Of a DNA stretch of 32,000 bases, positions 8,402-16,524 are shown piece after piece. The DNA is from Candidatus Saccharimonadota bacterium (lineage in GTDB: Archaea > Micrarchaeota > Micrarchaeia > Micrarchaeales > Micrarchaeaceae): contig OY970071.1 in assembly GCA_963705375.1 (NCBI GenBank), positions 150,001 through 182,000 on the forward strand, given 5' to 3'. Position numbers and translations under genes: made by a program. The notes under the pieces are model-generated. The model saw only the letters and a program-made list of their open reading frames with translations, ran no database searches and was not told where the DNA came from. The stretch's first letter is position 1; each line of letters begins with the position of its first letter.

Positions 8402-8551
8402 AACTCAGTTAGACGTTGGATGCGAACTGATGCTACAATGGCGCATTTATTCATAGAAGGGTTTTCCAAGTTGGCCCATTATCGACCTTCTCTATGAACT
8501 AGCTAGGCATCTGCAGCTTGCGATTGGGATGTTTGCCCTTAGCAGTTCGCT

Positions 8552-9394
8552 TTACTGTGCGTCAACCCTAAGCATGCCTTTGAGCACCTCTATGTTGCCG
8601 TCTATCGCCTGCGTCTCTCCGGTTATATTGTTTTCATAAGACGTAACCAATTCAATTATGGGGGTCACATGCTGAGACATCCAATTCCTGTTCCATTCAC
8701 CATCCATATTTTTAGCGTTATTCACCCATAGCGCCACGCTTGGAGGGCCAAACAGTTCTGCTAAATTGTTATCTGCAACAGCTATTTGCGCGATATCTGT
8801 TTTGTCTTTATCATTTCCACGTATGATCTTGTGCATCATTACCTCTCCATACGTCTCTAGTTTTAGCTCGCTTATCATTATGGTTCCGCCACGGTACCCG
8901 CTGTAGTACTTTGCAGGGGCAAGAGGCAGCTCAAGGAATATTGTATTGTGTCCTATTGTTGCACTGAAAAATTCTGCACTCAGTACACTCGGTATCTTAT
9001 GTCTCTTCCCGCCATAAGGTGATTGGTATTTTATCCAGAAATGGTTTACAAGGTCATCCCTGGTCCAGTTCGGCACTATCTCTCCGGTCCACTCTCTTGT
9101 CAGAGCCTCTACAGCATCATCCTTTTTTTCCTGCGGAATCACTATCTCTATTATATTTGTAACTAGCCTCGTATTTGCGTATTCCGGAGTTATATTGACT
9201 TTGGTTCCTAGCGCAGCCCCTCCCAACACGGTATGTTCGATTCCTCTTTCTTCAAACGGAGTAGTAATGTCTCTTATTATGGGCATCATGTCATGTAGCG
9301 GCATGCCGCCTATTGCACTTCTCGCTTCCGCGTTAGAGGTGTACACTACTTTATCATTAGCGCCCGGTTCTCTATATTTTGTCAGCTCAGACAT
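8552..9394 (-). CDS. Hypothetical protein (280 aa), possibly a degenerate nucleotidyltransferase fold
   Basis: VLGGAALG is followed about 20 aa later by a hydrophobic strand with a single acidic residue (TNIIEIVI). A later HKIIRGNDKDKTDIAQI segment is reminiscent of the K...R...D..D helix of AbiEii/DUF1814-type NTases. This rests on memory-based pattern matching only. The start is taken at ATG 9394; the ORF begins at TTG 9397. Confidence 0.55.
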   Translation of the reverse strand: MSELTKYREPGANDKVVYTSNAEARSAIGGMPLHDMMPIIRDITTPFEERGIEHTVLGGAALGTKVNITPEYANTRLVTNIIEIVIPQEKKDDAVEALTREWTGEIVPNWTRDDLVNHFWIKYQSPYGGKRHKIPSVLSAEFFSATIGHNTIFLELPLAPAKYYSGYRGGTIMISELKLETYGEVMMHKIIRGNDKDKTDIAQIAVADNNLAELFGPPSVALWVNNAKNMDGEWNRNWMSQHVTPIIELVTSYENNITGETQAIDGNIEVLKGMLRVDAQ

Positions 9395-9418
9395 CAAATA
9401 TCCCGTATATTATTTTGT

Positions 9419-9435
9419 TTTAGGAGATACTTATA
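9419..9435 (-). promoter_or_regulatory. TATA-like promoter box (TATAAGTATCTCCTAAA on the minus strand)
   Basis: Identical 17-mer to 1418-1434. It begins 41 nt upstream of ATG 9394. Confidence 0.5.
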
Positions 9436-9459
9436 CTTTGTTTTTTTGGCAATTTTGTA

Positions 9460-9478
9460 GTGAAACTTTGTTAAAATG
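9460..9478 (-). promoter_or_regulatory. Conserved 19-nt upstream element, copy 2 (plus strand GTGAAACTTTGTTAAAATG)
   Basis: 18/19 identical to 4659-4677. It starts 66 nt upstream of ATG 9394, in the same orientation relative to its gene as copy 1. Confidence 0.4.
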
Positions 9479-9496
9479 TAAATCATCCACCGTGCA

Positions 9497-9634
9497 CTAA
9501 CGGGGCTTCTCATGTGCATTCAAAGCGAAACTATCATTTCTTTTTGCCCGCCATAAGCCATCCACAAATATTATGACAAGCACCACCATAACCACCACAA
9601 ATAGCCAGGCAGTAGCATCGTCCTTCTCTAGAGG
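9497..9634 (-). other. In-frame post-stop extension of the phosphoesterase gene, encoding a C-terminal transmembrane anchor
   Basis: Reading on in the same frame after TAA (9637-9635) gives PLEKDDATAWLFVVVMVVLVIIFVDGLWRAKRNDSFALNAHEKPR, then TAG at 9499-9497. That is a hydrophobic helix followed by RAKR, the same design as the C-terminal anchor of the glycoprotein at 17839-19122. Confidence 0.5.
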
Positions 9635-10762
9635 TTAGCCTGATGGGATAACGTTTCCTACGAACATGTCGCTTGTGACATTCGCAGTGCTGTCGTTTCG
9701 CCCAAGGTTGCCCAAAGAATATATGTGCTCTATCGTTGCCAGAACTGAGTAATGAGAGTATGTTGTCGTGTTCTCGAGAAATCCGTGCTTTGAGAATGGC
9801 GAGACTTCGATCAGAAGCACTTTGTTCGGGCCATTGTACGGCTTTGCCTCATCCCACGTTACAAACATTATTGTGTTCGAGAACTCTTCACTGTTTATCA
9901 CAGTTGGCATGAAGCTACGTAGCCAGTTGTCTGCGCATTGCATTGTAAGGCCAGACGGCGGGCACCTCATGGGATTGCTTGGAGCAGTGTGGCCATCGTC
10001 GGTAACGTTGGGCGTTATGAAAGAGAACTGCGGAAGTTTGTTGTCTTGAAGGTCGGAGTAGAATTGGGTCATCGGGACGATTTTACTGCATCTCCCATAA
10101 TTGTTGAGTATATCTTGGAAATATGTGAATGGATCGTGTTTGTGCACATAGCCTGGCCCGTTTATAGGATCAGACGTTGAATCAGTCACCCCATTAGCAC
10201 ATACGACTGATGTGTTGCTTTTTGGCATCGATTCCATGTATGCCTGCCAAGACATATTGTGCTCTTCGAGCAGGTCGACAAGATTACTTGCGTTGAGTGT
10301 GTCCACAGGGTATGAATTGTTTTTTATGTTGAAAGGAGAACCGGCTATCAGCGCAACATAGTTCAGCAGTGACGGATGCCCTATTGAGTAGTAGTCCTCT
10401 GCCGCGGAGTAGTTCGTCAGGAGTATGTGTTTTATGTATGGGTCGTTGCTGCCACTCAACACATAAGAAGCGTTCTTGTTTTCGAGCACTATCAAGATGA
10501 TGTGCTTGACAAGAACTGATTTTGTAACATTGTATGGACCAGAACCTTTGGTCTTTTCGGTTTGGTTAACTGTTGTAGTGCTTGTTGTACTATACGTCAC
10601 AGATGGACCTGCCTTGGTTTGATCAACCGTTGTAGGTGCAGCATGTCCTGCAGCAGAATTCTGCGCGCCTGAATTGAAGGAGCGCACGCCTGACAACAGA
10701 TACATTGCCCCGTAAAGCACAATGGCCAACAATAGCAACAAAAAAACATTATTTCTGAGCAC
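9635..10762 (-). CDS. Secreted/membrane-anchored phosphoesterase-family protein (acid phosphatase / phospholipase C-like)
   Basis: HIILIVLENKNASY and FITPNVTDDGH resemble the two conserved metal-site segments of the phosphoesterase (AcpA/PLC) family. It has an N-terminal signal-anchor and many N-x-S/T sequons. The start is proposed at GTG 10762 (MLRNNVFLLLLLAIVLYG), 35 nt downstream of an ATTTTAAAT box. The ORF extends to ATG 10840. Confidence 0.75.
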   Translation of the reverse strand: MLRNNVFLLLLLAIVLYGAMYLLSGVRSFNSGAQNSAAGHAAPTTVDQTKAGPSVTYSTTSTTTVNQTEKTKGSGPYNVTKSVLVKHIILIVLENKNASYVLSGSNDPYIKHILLTNYSAAEDYYSIGHPSLLNYVALIAGSPFNIKNNSYPVDTLNASNLVDLLEEHNMSWQAYMESMPKSNTSVVCANGVTDSTSDPINGPGYVHKHDPFTYFQDILNNYGRCSKIVPMTQFYSDLQDNKLPQFSFITPNVTDDGHTAPSNPMRCPPSGLTMQCADNWLRSFMPTVINSEEFSNTIMFVTWDEAKPYNGPNKVLLIEVSPFSKHGFLENTTTYSHYSVLATIEHIYSLGNLGRNDSTANVTSDMFVGNVIPSG

Positions 10763-10788
10763 TATATCGGCAAGTATGCATAGCCAAC

Positions 10789-10797
10789 ATTTAAAAT
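10789..10797 (-). promoter_or_regulatory. TATA-like box (ATTTTAAAT on the minus strand) inside the annotated 5' extension of the phosphoesterase ORF
   Basis: It begins 35 nt upstream of GTG 10762. Only 34 nt separate ATG 10840 from the upstream gene, and no box lies there. Confidence 0.4.
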
Positions 10798-10874
10798 AGA
10801 TACACAAGAAGACTGATACGCATGGCAAGCGTATGTCCATAGCCTGCCCAAATCAAAAACAAGTCTGTTCTACG

Positions 10875-11147
10875 CTACTCCTTTGGTGGCTGCTTTGGTT
10901 CGTCGAATGCCCCTTCCAGCATCTTGTTTTTAGTCTTGCCGTATAGAACCACTGTAACTCCGTTATTCTTCCTTGCCACCTCTGTTATGTGGTCCTTATA
11001 GAACTGGAGAGCCTCCTTGTTTCCCTTAGCTATCTCCCGCTTGTACACAGAACATACACTGCATGTGTGAGGCCTCTTCTCTTCAGAAGTCTTTGAGTCG
11101 AATACCTTCAAAATTATCTTCTTAGAGTCTTGTTCTAGCGTGCGCAC
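10875..11147 (-). CDS. Small hypothetical protein (90 aa) with a single CxxC (CSVC)
   Basis: GTG start preceded directly by GAGGGT. The strand-CxxC-helix-strand order (IILKVF...CSVC...VTVVLYG) hints at a thioredoxin-like fold, but this is weak. Confidence 0.5.
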   Translation of the reverse strand: MRTLEQDSKKIILKVFDSKTSEEKRPHTCSVCSVYKREIAKGNKEALQFYKDHITEVARKNNGVTVVLYGKTKNKMLEGAFDEPKQPPKE

Positions 11148-11221
11148 ACCCTCTCGACGGTATCTGTTACGCGTATCTTTACTTGCTGCCTCTGAAGAAT
11201 ACGTTATATTATATGCGCTTA

Positions 11222-11236
11222 GGAGATATATATACC
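11222..11236 (-). promoter_or_regulatory. Consensus-type promoter box (GGTATATATATCTCC on the minus strand), unusually far from any start codon
   Basis: It matches the TATA+ATCTCC pattern, but the first possible start codon in the downstream ORF frame is GTG 11147, about 87 nt away. Confidence 0.4.
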
Positions 11237-11274
11237 TTCTGGGCTAAGTTCTGAGACGGCCAGAAACTGGCACG

Positions 11275-11937
11275 TCAAAGACGGGCCAGTGCGGCAATAT
11301 GCTGTTGATTTTGAGACCGCAGCATCTTCTTGGTGAATTCTAAACTCATGGCTTGGCCGTTAGGGACAGGCACATAGTCGCAGATCCTTTCTATTGGCGT
11401 GTCATGCCATATGCTCTGGATTGCATTTATCACACCTGCGTGGCATACAAGGAGCACAGTCTTGCCTGAGAAATCTTCATATAATCGCTGCATGAATTCA
11501 TTTATTCTGGCTTGGAAGCGTTCTCTGCTTTCGCCCAAGTACTTGCTGACTAGCTCAGAGTTACCTTTGCCGAGTGCTATGTCGAACACGGCCTTCATGC
11601 TTCCGAGCTCACGCCTTTCGCAGAGTCCGCCTTTTATCTCTCGTAACTGCTGCGTATCCACGAAAAGAATATTCTCGTCTTTATGATACAGATATATCGC
11701 GTTCGCAGTGTCTGCCGCTCTTGTAAGGTCGCTGTAAAATATCGCGTCGAAATGCTCTTCCTTCAGCTTTTCTGCAATCTCCGCCGCCTGGCGTTTTCCA
11801 ATATCAGTCAATCCGATACCTGGAGGACACCCGCCGCCATCATACATACCGGTCAAATTCGCATATGTCTCGCCATGCCGTACTAGCACCAAAGTCATCG
11901 CATTTGTACTACTTTCAATTTCGTGTGTTTTTGTCAT
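11275..11937 (-). CDS. Histidine phosphatase superfamily protein (phosphoglycerate-mutase-like)
   Basis: It has the LVRHGET catalytic RHG motif, a later CHAGVI histidine motif, and a promoter box 39 nt upstream of ATG 11937. Confidence 0.85.
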   Translation of the reverse strand: MTKTHEIESSTNAMTLVLVRHGETYANLTGMYDGGGCPPGIGLTDIGKRQAAEIAEKLKEEHFDAIFYSDLTRAADTANAIYLYHKDENILFVDTQQLREIKGGLCERRELGSMKAVFDIALGKGNSELVSKYLGESRERFQARINEFMQRLYEDFSGKTVLLVCHAGVINAIQSIWHDTPIERICDYVPVPNGQAMSLEFTKKMLRSQNQQHIAALARL

Positions 11938-11963
11938 TCAAACACAGGTCTGCATGAGATTCA

Positions 11964-11978
11964 GGAGATATTTATACA
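11964..11978 (-). promoter_or_regulatory. TATA-like promoter box (TGTATAAATATCTCC on the minus strand)
   Basis: Begins 39 nt upstream of ATG 11937. Confidence 0.5.
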
Positions 11979-12088
11979 TTTCGAGGGCAAGGGCTTTGCC
12001 GAGAATGGCATTGAAAAACCTGGTTTGGACTTATTCTAAAACGTAGGTGTTGTTGAACGTGCGTCGGTCGCCACGAGCCATACCTTCT

Positions 12089-13048
12089 TCAAGAGCGGAT
12101 GAACTTTGCGAATCGCGCACTATCTGCATATATCTCTTGTTTTAAAGAATTCAGACATTTTTCTATCGATTTGCCATTTTTACTATCAGCACGAACATGC
12201 TCCACTAAGCGCGAGAACGTTTCAGCCTTCTTGAACGTCAAGAACTCGCGTACAACGCGGTCTCCATCGAAATCATAAGCAACGTACATCAAGGCAAAAA
12301 TCAGGCGTCCGAGCTCATATTTCCAATACTTTGGCCTATCGTCAGGTACACGGGCCAGACCCTGAGACTTTTTAACTACATTCCATGTTTTATTTGCAGC
12401 ATCTTTGAAATAGGTCATGCAACTGTCAAAGTATTCGATATATGCGTCACGTTCCTCGATGGATTTTTCATCTCCAGGCATTTCCGCGAGCAGATCGTAA
12501 AAGCACCGTAAAGCAAGTAGATTCTGATCAGACAAAAATCCATTCAAGAAATGAAATGCGGTGCGTTTGCCGAGTTTTTCTTCACTGGTCTGAGTTCTCT
12601 CTCCGTGAACATAGCTAGCGAAAAAGCTACTTGCACCTTCGCTAAGAGCAGAATCAAGATCATCATGGCTTGCTGCAATGTAGTATGTGCTTAGTACGTT
12701 AGTGTCAATATGAACGCGCTTTTCTTTAAATCTGTCTAAACGAGCGAATAGTTGCGGGTTTGAAAGCGAGTCCACAGCATAATGGAAAAGCTCATGAAGG
12801 GTGCGCCTTTCCACATCAGATTCGACGTTTACGTGTATCGCGAAGGTTTTTGGCATATAGTGTCCGCCACACGCCGCACCTTTTTCGAAATACGGGCAGA
12901 TCTCAGGAGCGGTTATGTCAATACCAGTCATCTTTCGAATAGCAGCAAGTCCGAAGAATACCTGTTTTTCTACTACATCTTCAAGATAGATTGTGTGCAG
13001 ACCCTCAAATCCGGGCCGAGCCTTAGTCGCAATTGATGCATCAGACAC
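12089..13048 (-). CDS. Hypothetical protein with an HExxH motif (putative zinc metallopeptidase-like)
   Basis: It contains RRTLHELFHYAVDS. The family was not recognised. The ORF extends to ATG 13183, but those 45 extra codons are C/H/Q/R-rich. A CCATATATATCTG box (13078-13090) sits exactly 40 nt upstream of the in-frame GTG 13048. Confidence 0.6.
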   Translation of the reverse strand: MSDASIATKARPGFEGLHTIYLEDVVEKQVFFGLAAIRKMTGIDITAPEICPYFEKGAACGGHYMPKTFAIHVNVESDVERRTLHELFHYAVDSLSNPQLFARLDRFKEKRVHIDTNVLSTYYIAASHDDLDSALSEGASSFFASYVHGERTQTSEEKLGKRTAFHFLNGFLSDQNLLALRCFYDLLAEMPGDEKSIEERDAYIEYFDSCMTYFKDAANKTWNVVKKSQGLARVPDDRPKYWKYELGRLIFALMYVAYDFDGDRVVREFLTFKKAETFSRLVEHVRADSKNGKSIEKCLNSLKQEIYADSARFAKFIRS

Positions 13049-13077
13049 AGAGACACTTGCTGTACTCTGTCGGTTTT

Positions 13078-13090
13078 CAGATATATATGG
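13078..13090 (-). promoter_or_regulatory. TATA-like promoter box (CCATATATATCTG on the minus strand) inside the long-ORF extension
   Basis: Begins 40 nt upstream of the in-frame GTG 13048. Confidence 0.4.
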
Positions 13091-13275
13091 GCTGCGTTTG
13101 TGACAAACTGTTTGCAAATTTCTGCGGATTTGCAAAGTCTGAGGAATTGAGGCTTTAGATTGATGCGAACAAAACGGTAGCATCTATACAGAATAGGGCT
13201 TTGTGTGTAAAACACCAGACCAGAACAGCTAAATATTTAACCGTCAAATATCAATACACAAAGTACAAAGGAAAA

Positions 13276-14637
13276 ATGATCTTTTTCTCTTGTAAAGAAA
13301 ACAGTGTTGGATTGAAACAATTCTCGGAAATGCCGTTGAAACGCGAGCTATTGAATGCGATAAAGAGCGTCGGATTTACAGCGGCCACGGAAGTTCAGGA
13401 ACAGGCAATACCTATCGCGTTAGCAGGAAAGGACGTAATAGTTAGAGCAAAGACTGGAACTGGCAAGACCGCATCATTCATAGTGCCGATACTGCAGAAC
13501 ATGCAGCGCACAGGCACAGTAAGTGCGCTAGTGATAGTGCCTACACGCGAACTCGCGGTGCAAGTGGCAAGCTTTTCGGAAAGCCTAGGAAGGCATCTCC
13601 ACATAAGAACAACAACAGTCTATGGCGGGGCATCGATGAACGTGCAGGTCAGCGCACTCCGCGCAGGCGTCGACATAGTTGTAGGGACTCCCGGAAGGCT
13701 AATAGACCTCATGGAGAGGGGTGCGCTTAGACTTGACCATGTGAAGTTTGTCGTGCTTGACGAAGCGGACCGCATGCTAGACATGGGATTCATAGAGGAT
13801 GTGGAGTACCTATTGTCAAACACGCCACAGGCCAGGCAAACGATGCTGTTTTCTGCAACGATGCCGGGAGCCATAGTCACCATTGCACGCCACCACATGC
13901 GGAAAGACTTTGTAACACTCAGTGTTGGCGGAGAAGAAACGCTTGTTGTCGAGACCATATCACATAGCTACTCGTTCGCAAGCGGACGCATAAAGTTTTC
14001 AGCGCTACTGGCATATATAGACAAGTTCTCGCCAAAGAAATGCATAATATTCCTCAACACGCAGCGCGAGGCGGAGCTGGTGCACAGGGTGCTTACGGCA
14101 AAGGGATTCAATGCCATGCTCATGCACGGCGGACTCACGCAGGCAAGGCGCGAACATTCGTTGCACAGTTTCAAACAGGGGGCCCAGTTCATGATCGCGA
14201 CAAATGTAGCCGCAAGGGGGCTCGACATACAGGATGTCACAGACATAATAAACTTTGATGCGCCAGACACGCCTGAGAACTATATACACAGGGTCGGCCG
14301 TTCAGCAAGGATGGGCAAGGAGGGTCGCGCGTTCACGATACTTAACAATGACGAGCGTTGGCTCTTGCACGCGATACAGAACGCCACAAACATAAAGATC
14401 AACGAGTTGCGACTGGACCTCGACAAGTATGGTAACTTTGAGTTCCCGCACGGAGGCCGTGCAGGCGAAGGAAGTGGCCATTTTGGCAGGAGAACCGCCA
14501 GCTTTGACAGATCGCACGGATATAACAATCAAAACAGAAGAGAACACAACTCCAACGGCCAAAACAGAAGAGAACATAACTCTAGAGGCAGGGACGGAAA
14601 CTACAGAGGCAGAGGAAAATACAGGCCTTCTTGGTAG
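13276..14637 (+). CDS. DEAD-box ATP-dependent RNA helicase with R/G/N-rich C-terminal tail
   Basis: It has a Q-motif region (TEVQEQAIP), AKTGTGKT, PTRELA, VLDEADRML, SAT, HRVGRSARMG, and a tail of NQNRREHNS repeats ending in RGRG. The start is taken at ATG 13276, with AAGGA 5 nt upstream and AAATATTTAA about 42 nt upstream. The ORF extends to 13201. Confidence 0.9.
   Translation: MIFFSCKENSVGLKQFSEMPLKRELLNAIKSVGFTAATEVQEQAIPIALAGKDVIVRAKTGTGKTASFIVPILQNMQRTGTVSALVIVPTRELAVQVASFSESLGRHLHIRTTTVYGGASMNVQVSALRAGVDIVVGTPGRLIDLMERGALRLDHVKFVVLDEADRMLDMGFIEDVEYLLSNTPQARQTMLFSATMPGAIVTIARHHMRKDFVTLSVGGEETLVVETISHSYSFASGRIKFSALLAYIDKFSPKKCIIFLNTQREAELVHRVLTAKGFNAMLMHGGLTQARREHSLHSFKQGAQFMIATNVAARGLDIQDVTDIINFDAPDTPENYIHRVGRSARMGKEGRAFTILNNDERWLLHAIQNATNIKINELRLDLDKYGNFEFPHGGRAGEGSGHFGRRTASFDRSHGYNNQNRREHNSNGQNRREHNSRGRDGNYRGRGKYRPSW
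14530..14589 (+). repeat. Two tandem 30-nt copies inside the helicase tail
   Basis: caaaacagaagagaacacaactccaacggc / caaaacagaagagaacataactctagaggc are 26/30 identical. They encode QNRREHNSNG / QNRREHNSRG. Confidence 0.85.
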
Positions 14638-14658
14638 TCTACGTCTGAAACTTTCAAA

Positions 14659-16419
14659 TCAGCTTACCAGCCGTTCGCCGTTAGGCAGTTCGATTGCAGT
14701 ATCATACTTATAGTAGATGCCTAGTTTTATGCACATCTCTGCCTTCGCAAGCTCAGATCCTATGAACACTGCGTGGTCGATCCTTGATATTATCCTAAAG
14801 TGCTTTATCTTGTAAAGCAGTTCACGCGCGGTCTTTCCGTCAAGTTCGAGCAGAGTTTCGCCGGTTTCCGGATTCTGCAGCTTGAGCTTTATCACACGGT
14901 CGACAACCAATATGTTCACGATCCCGCGCGGGTCAGTGTCAATCTCAGGATCGAAGTACATGTTTATCGGAGCCTTTTCTATCCTGTCGTGTATCAAATC
15001 TGCCACAGTCTGCCAGTCCTGCCGGTATATGTGCGCCGATTCCGACTCCATCACTATGCGTCCTGGGCGCTTGCCAGATTCTTTCGCGACCCTCCTGAGC
15101 AGCTGCGTGATGCCATAGTAGTTGAAGAACCATGCCTGGCAGATGTCGTGGCTCCTCGCGAACACATGGACGTCGATTTTTCCGTTCCTGAGAGAGAATG
15201 AAAATTTCATCAGGCACGGCCTACCCCCTTCCAGTCTTGAATGTACGCGCACGTCCCATAATACCACTTCCTTGTCTAAGTCGGCACCCTTCCTTTTTAT
15301 ACGGTCTATGACATTTGCGATCTGGTCGGTTTTTGGTATTAGCCCTTCAAGCAGTATCTCGACTTTTTCTTTGTCCGGAATGTTCTCTTTCCCAACTTCG
15401 GCTATAAGCGAGGCCGTACTGTCCTTGTCAAGATATGAGTTGAACCTTATGAATTCCTTTGCGTCTTCGTACCCCTTCCGTTCAAGCAGCTCTTTGACAG
15501 TGTTGTCAACCTCAGCAGGCCTTGGGAAAGCGTGGATCAGCTCCGTGTACATGTATGGATATTCTTTTGGCCTATCGAACCGGTAAATGCCTTTGAATAT
15601 CTGCGATCTATAGGGTTCATCTGTGAACTGAGTTTTGTAATAGTCGTCAAGGCTCCATTTGGATATTCTAAGAGGCTTGGCGTTGAGAAGCCAGCTGGGA
15701 AGGTACACATTGTCAAGATCCTCATCCTCTACAACCACCAGCGCACCCCTTATCTCTTTGACGTTGTCCCTGCCCTGGTCGATTGGCGTCCTGATCCCAT
15801 ATTTCCATATCATATACAGCAGCTGCAGATAAGCGTCTGCTCCTTTCTTTTCTCGCACCACATAAGAGTAACCCTCGGATGGGAGAACATCCGGCGTTTT
15901 TGATTCGAATTCCCTGAACAGGACAGGATCCATGTATTTAGCAGTCGGTTTTGTGTCAAGCCTAGAGGTATCGAGCGTTTTGTCAGCGCTCATGTCCTGT
16001 AAGCCCACATTGCTTATCATCTCTTTAAGGATGTTCTTGTCTATCTCGTCGATAAGCTTGAACGGAGTGCCCTTTATCTGCCCATCATCATCGAAGCCGT
16101 TGCGCCACAGACTGAGAAGGGTGTCGCGCCCGGAAATGCCGACGCTTGTGTTGCTTAGCTTGTCTGGCCCCCATACGACCAAGTGCCTTATCTGCGGATT
16201 GAGCGCCAGGTTGCAGAGCAGTATGTTGACCCCGAAAGGCGACCGCAGGTTGCCTATTATTGCAAATGAATCCGTGAAAGAGGGGTTGTCTGCCAGCACG
16301 GTCTTGATGTCCTGCCACAACACGCACAACGCCGTGCTGCTTTGCGCATTGCACACAGTGACGGGAAACTCGCTGTGTTTGTAAAGGTCAAGACCATTGA
16401 CATCAGATACGTAAGCCAT
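14659..16419 (-). CDS. ThyA-family (thymidylate synthase-like) fusion protein: MtrA-like N-domain, split ThyA-like core, and C-terminal domain with an H..F.GSELAKAE motif
   Basis: ThyA-type segments: YLQLLYMIWKYG, RPCLMKFSF (candidate catalytic Cys), ARSHD....FFNYYG, and SESAHIY. The N-terminus (IIGNLRSPFGVNILLCNLALNPQIRHLVVWGPD...LWRNGFDDDGQI) resembles the MtrA pattern ...NPNIRFL..CG...G.....L..NG.D. The C-terminal 100 aa (DPRGIV...HAVFIGSELAKAEMCIKLGIYYKYD) resembles what I recall as DUF4346. The start is taken at ATG 16419, with TTATATAT about 42 nt upstream. The ORF begins at TTG 16431. Confidence 0.7.
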   Translation of the reverse strand: MAYVSDVNGLDLYKHSEFPVTVCNAQSSTALCVLWQDIKTVLADNPSFTDSFAIIGNLRSPFGVNILLCNLALNPQIRHLVVWGPDKLSNTSVGISGRDTLLSLWRNGFDDDGQIKGTPFKLIDEIDKNILKEMISNVGLQDMSADKTLDTSRLDTKPTAKYMDPVLFREFESKTPDVLPSEGYSYVVREKKGADAYLQLLYMIWKYGIRTPIDQGRDNVKEIRGALVVVEDEDLDNVYLPSWLLNAKPLRISKWSLDDYYKTQFTDEPYRSQIFKGIYRFDRPKEYPYMYTELIHAFPRPAEVDNTVKELLERKGYEDAKEFIRFNSYLDKDSTASLIAEVGKENIPDKEKVEILLEGLIPKTDQIANVIDRIKRKGADLDKEVVLWDVRVHSRLEGGRPCLMKFSFSLRNGKIDVHVFARSHDICQAWFFNYYGITQLLRRVAKESGKRPGRIVMESESAHIYRQDWQTVADLIHDRIEKAPINMYFDPEIDTDPRGIVNILVVDRVIKLKLQNPETGETLLELDGKTARELLYKIKHFRIISRIDHAVFIGSELAKAEMCIKLGIYYKYDTAIELPNGERLVS

Positions 16420-16524
16420 TAACCCATCCAACAGCCAGACTTAGCGCTTCAAAAATATATAATACTTATCAGGCGACCGGCAATCATTATGACTAAAGGC
16501 AAAGACGACTTGCCTGACCTCACG

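Noticed and set aside
8423-8550. An 8-bp complementarity (GCGAACTG / CAGTTCGC) bracketing the 8402-8551 convergent intergenic region, with a TGATGC C-box-like sequence.
   Set aside because: No D box (CTGA) lies near the 3' side. The 112-nt spacing is too long for a C/D sRNA, and a single 8-mer pairing is expected by chance.
12973-13215. 80-aa ORF starting at GTG 13215 on the minus strand in the helicase/HExxH divergent region.
   Set aside because: It is K/R/C-rich with an implausible composition, and it overlaps the better-supported frame.
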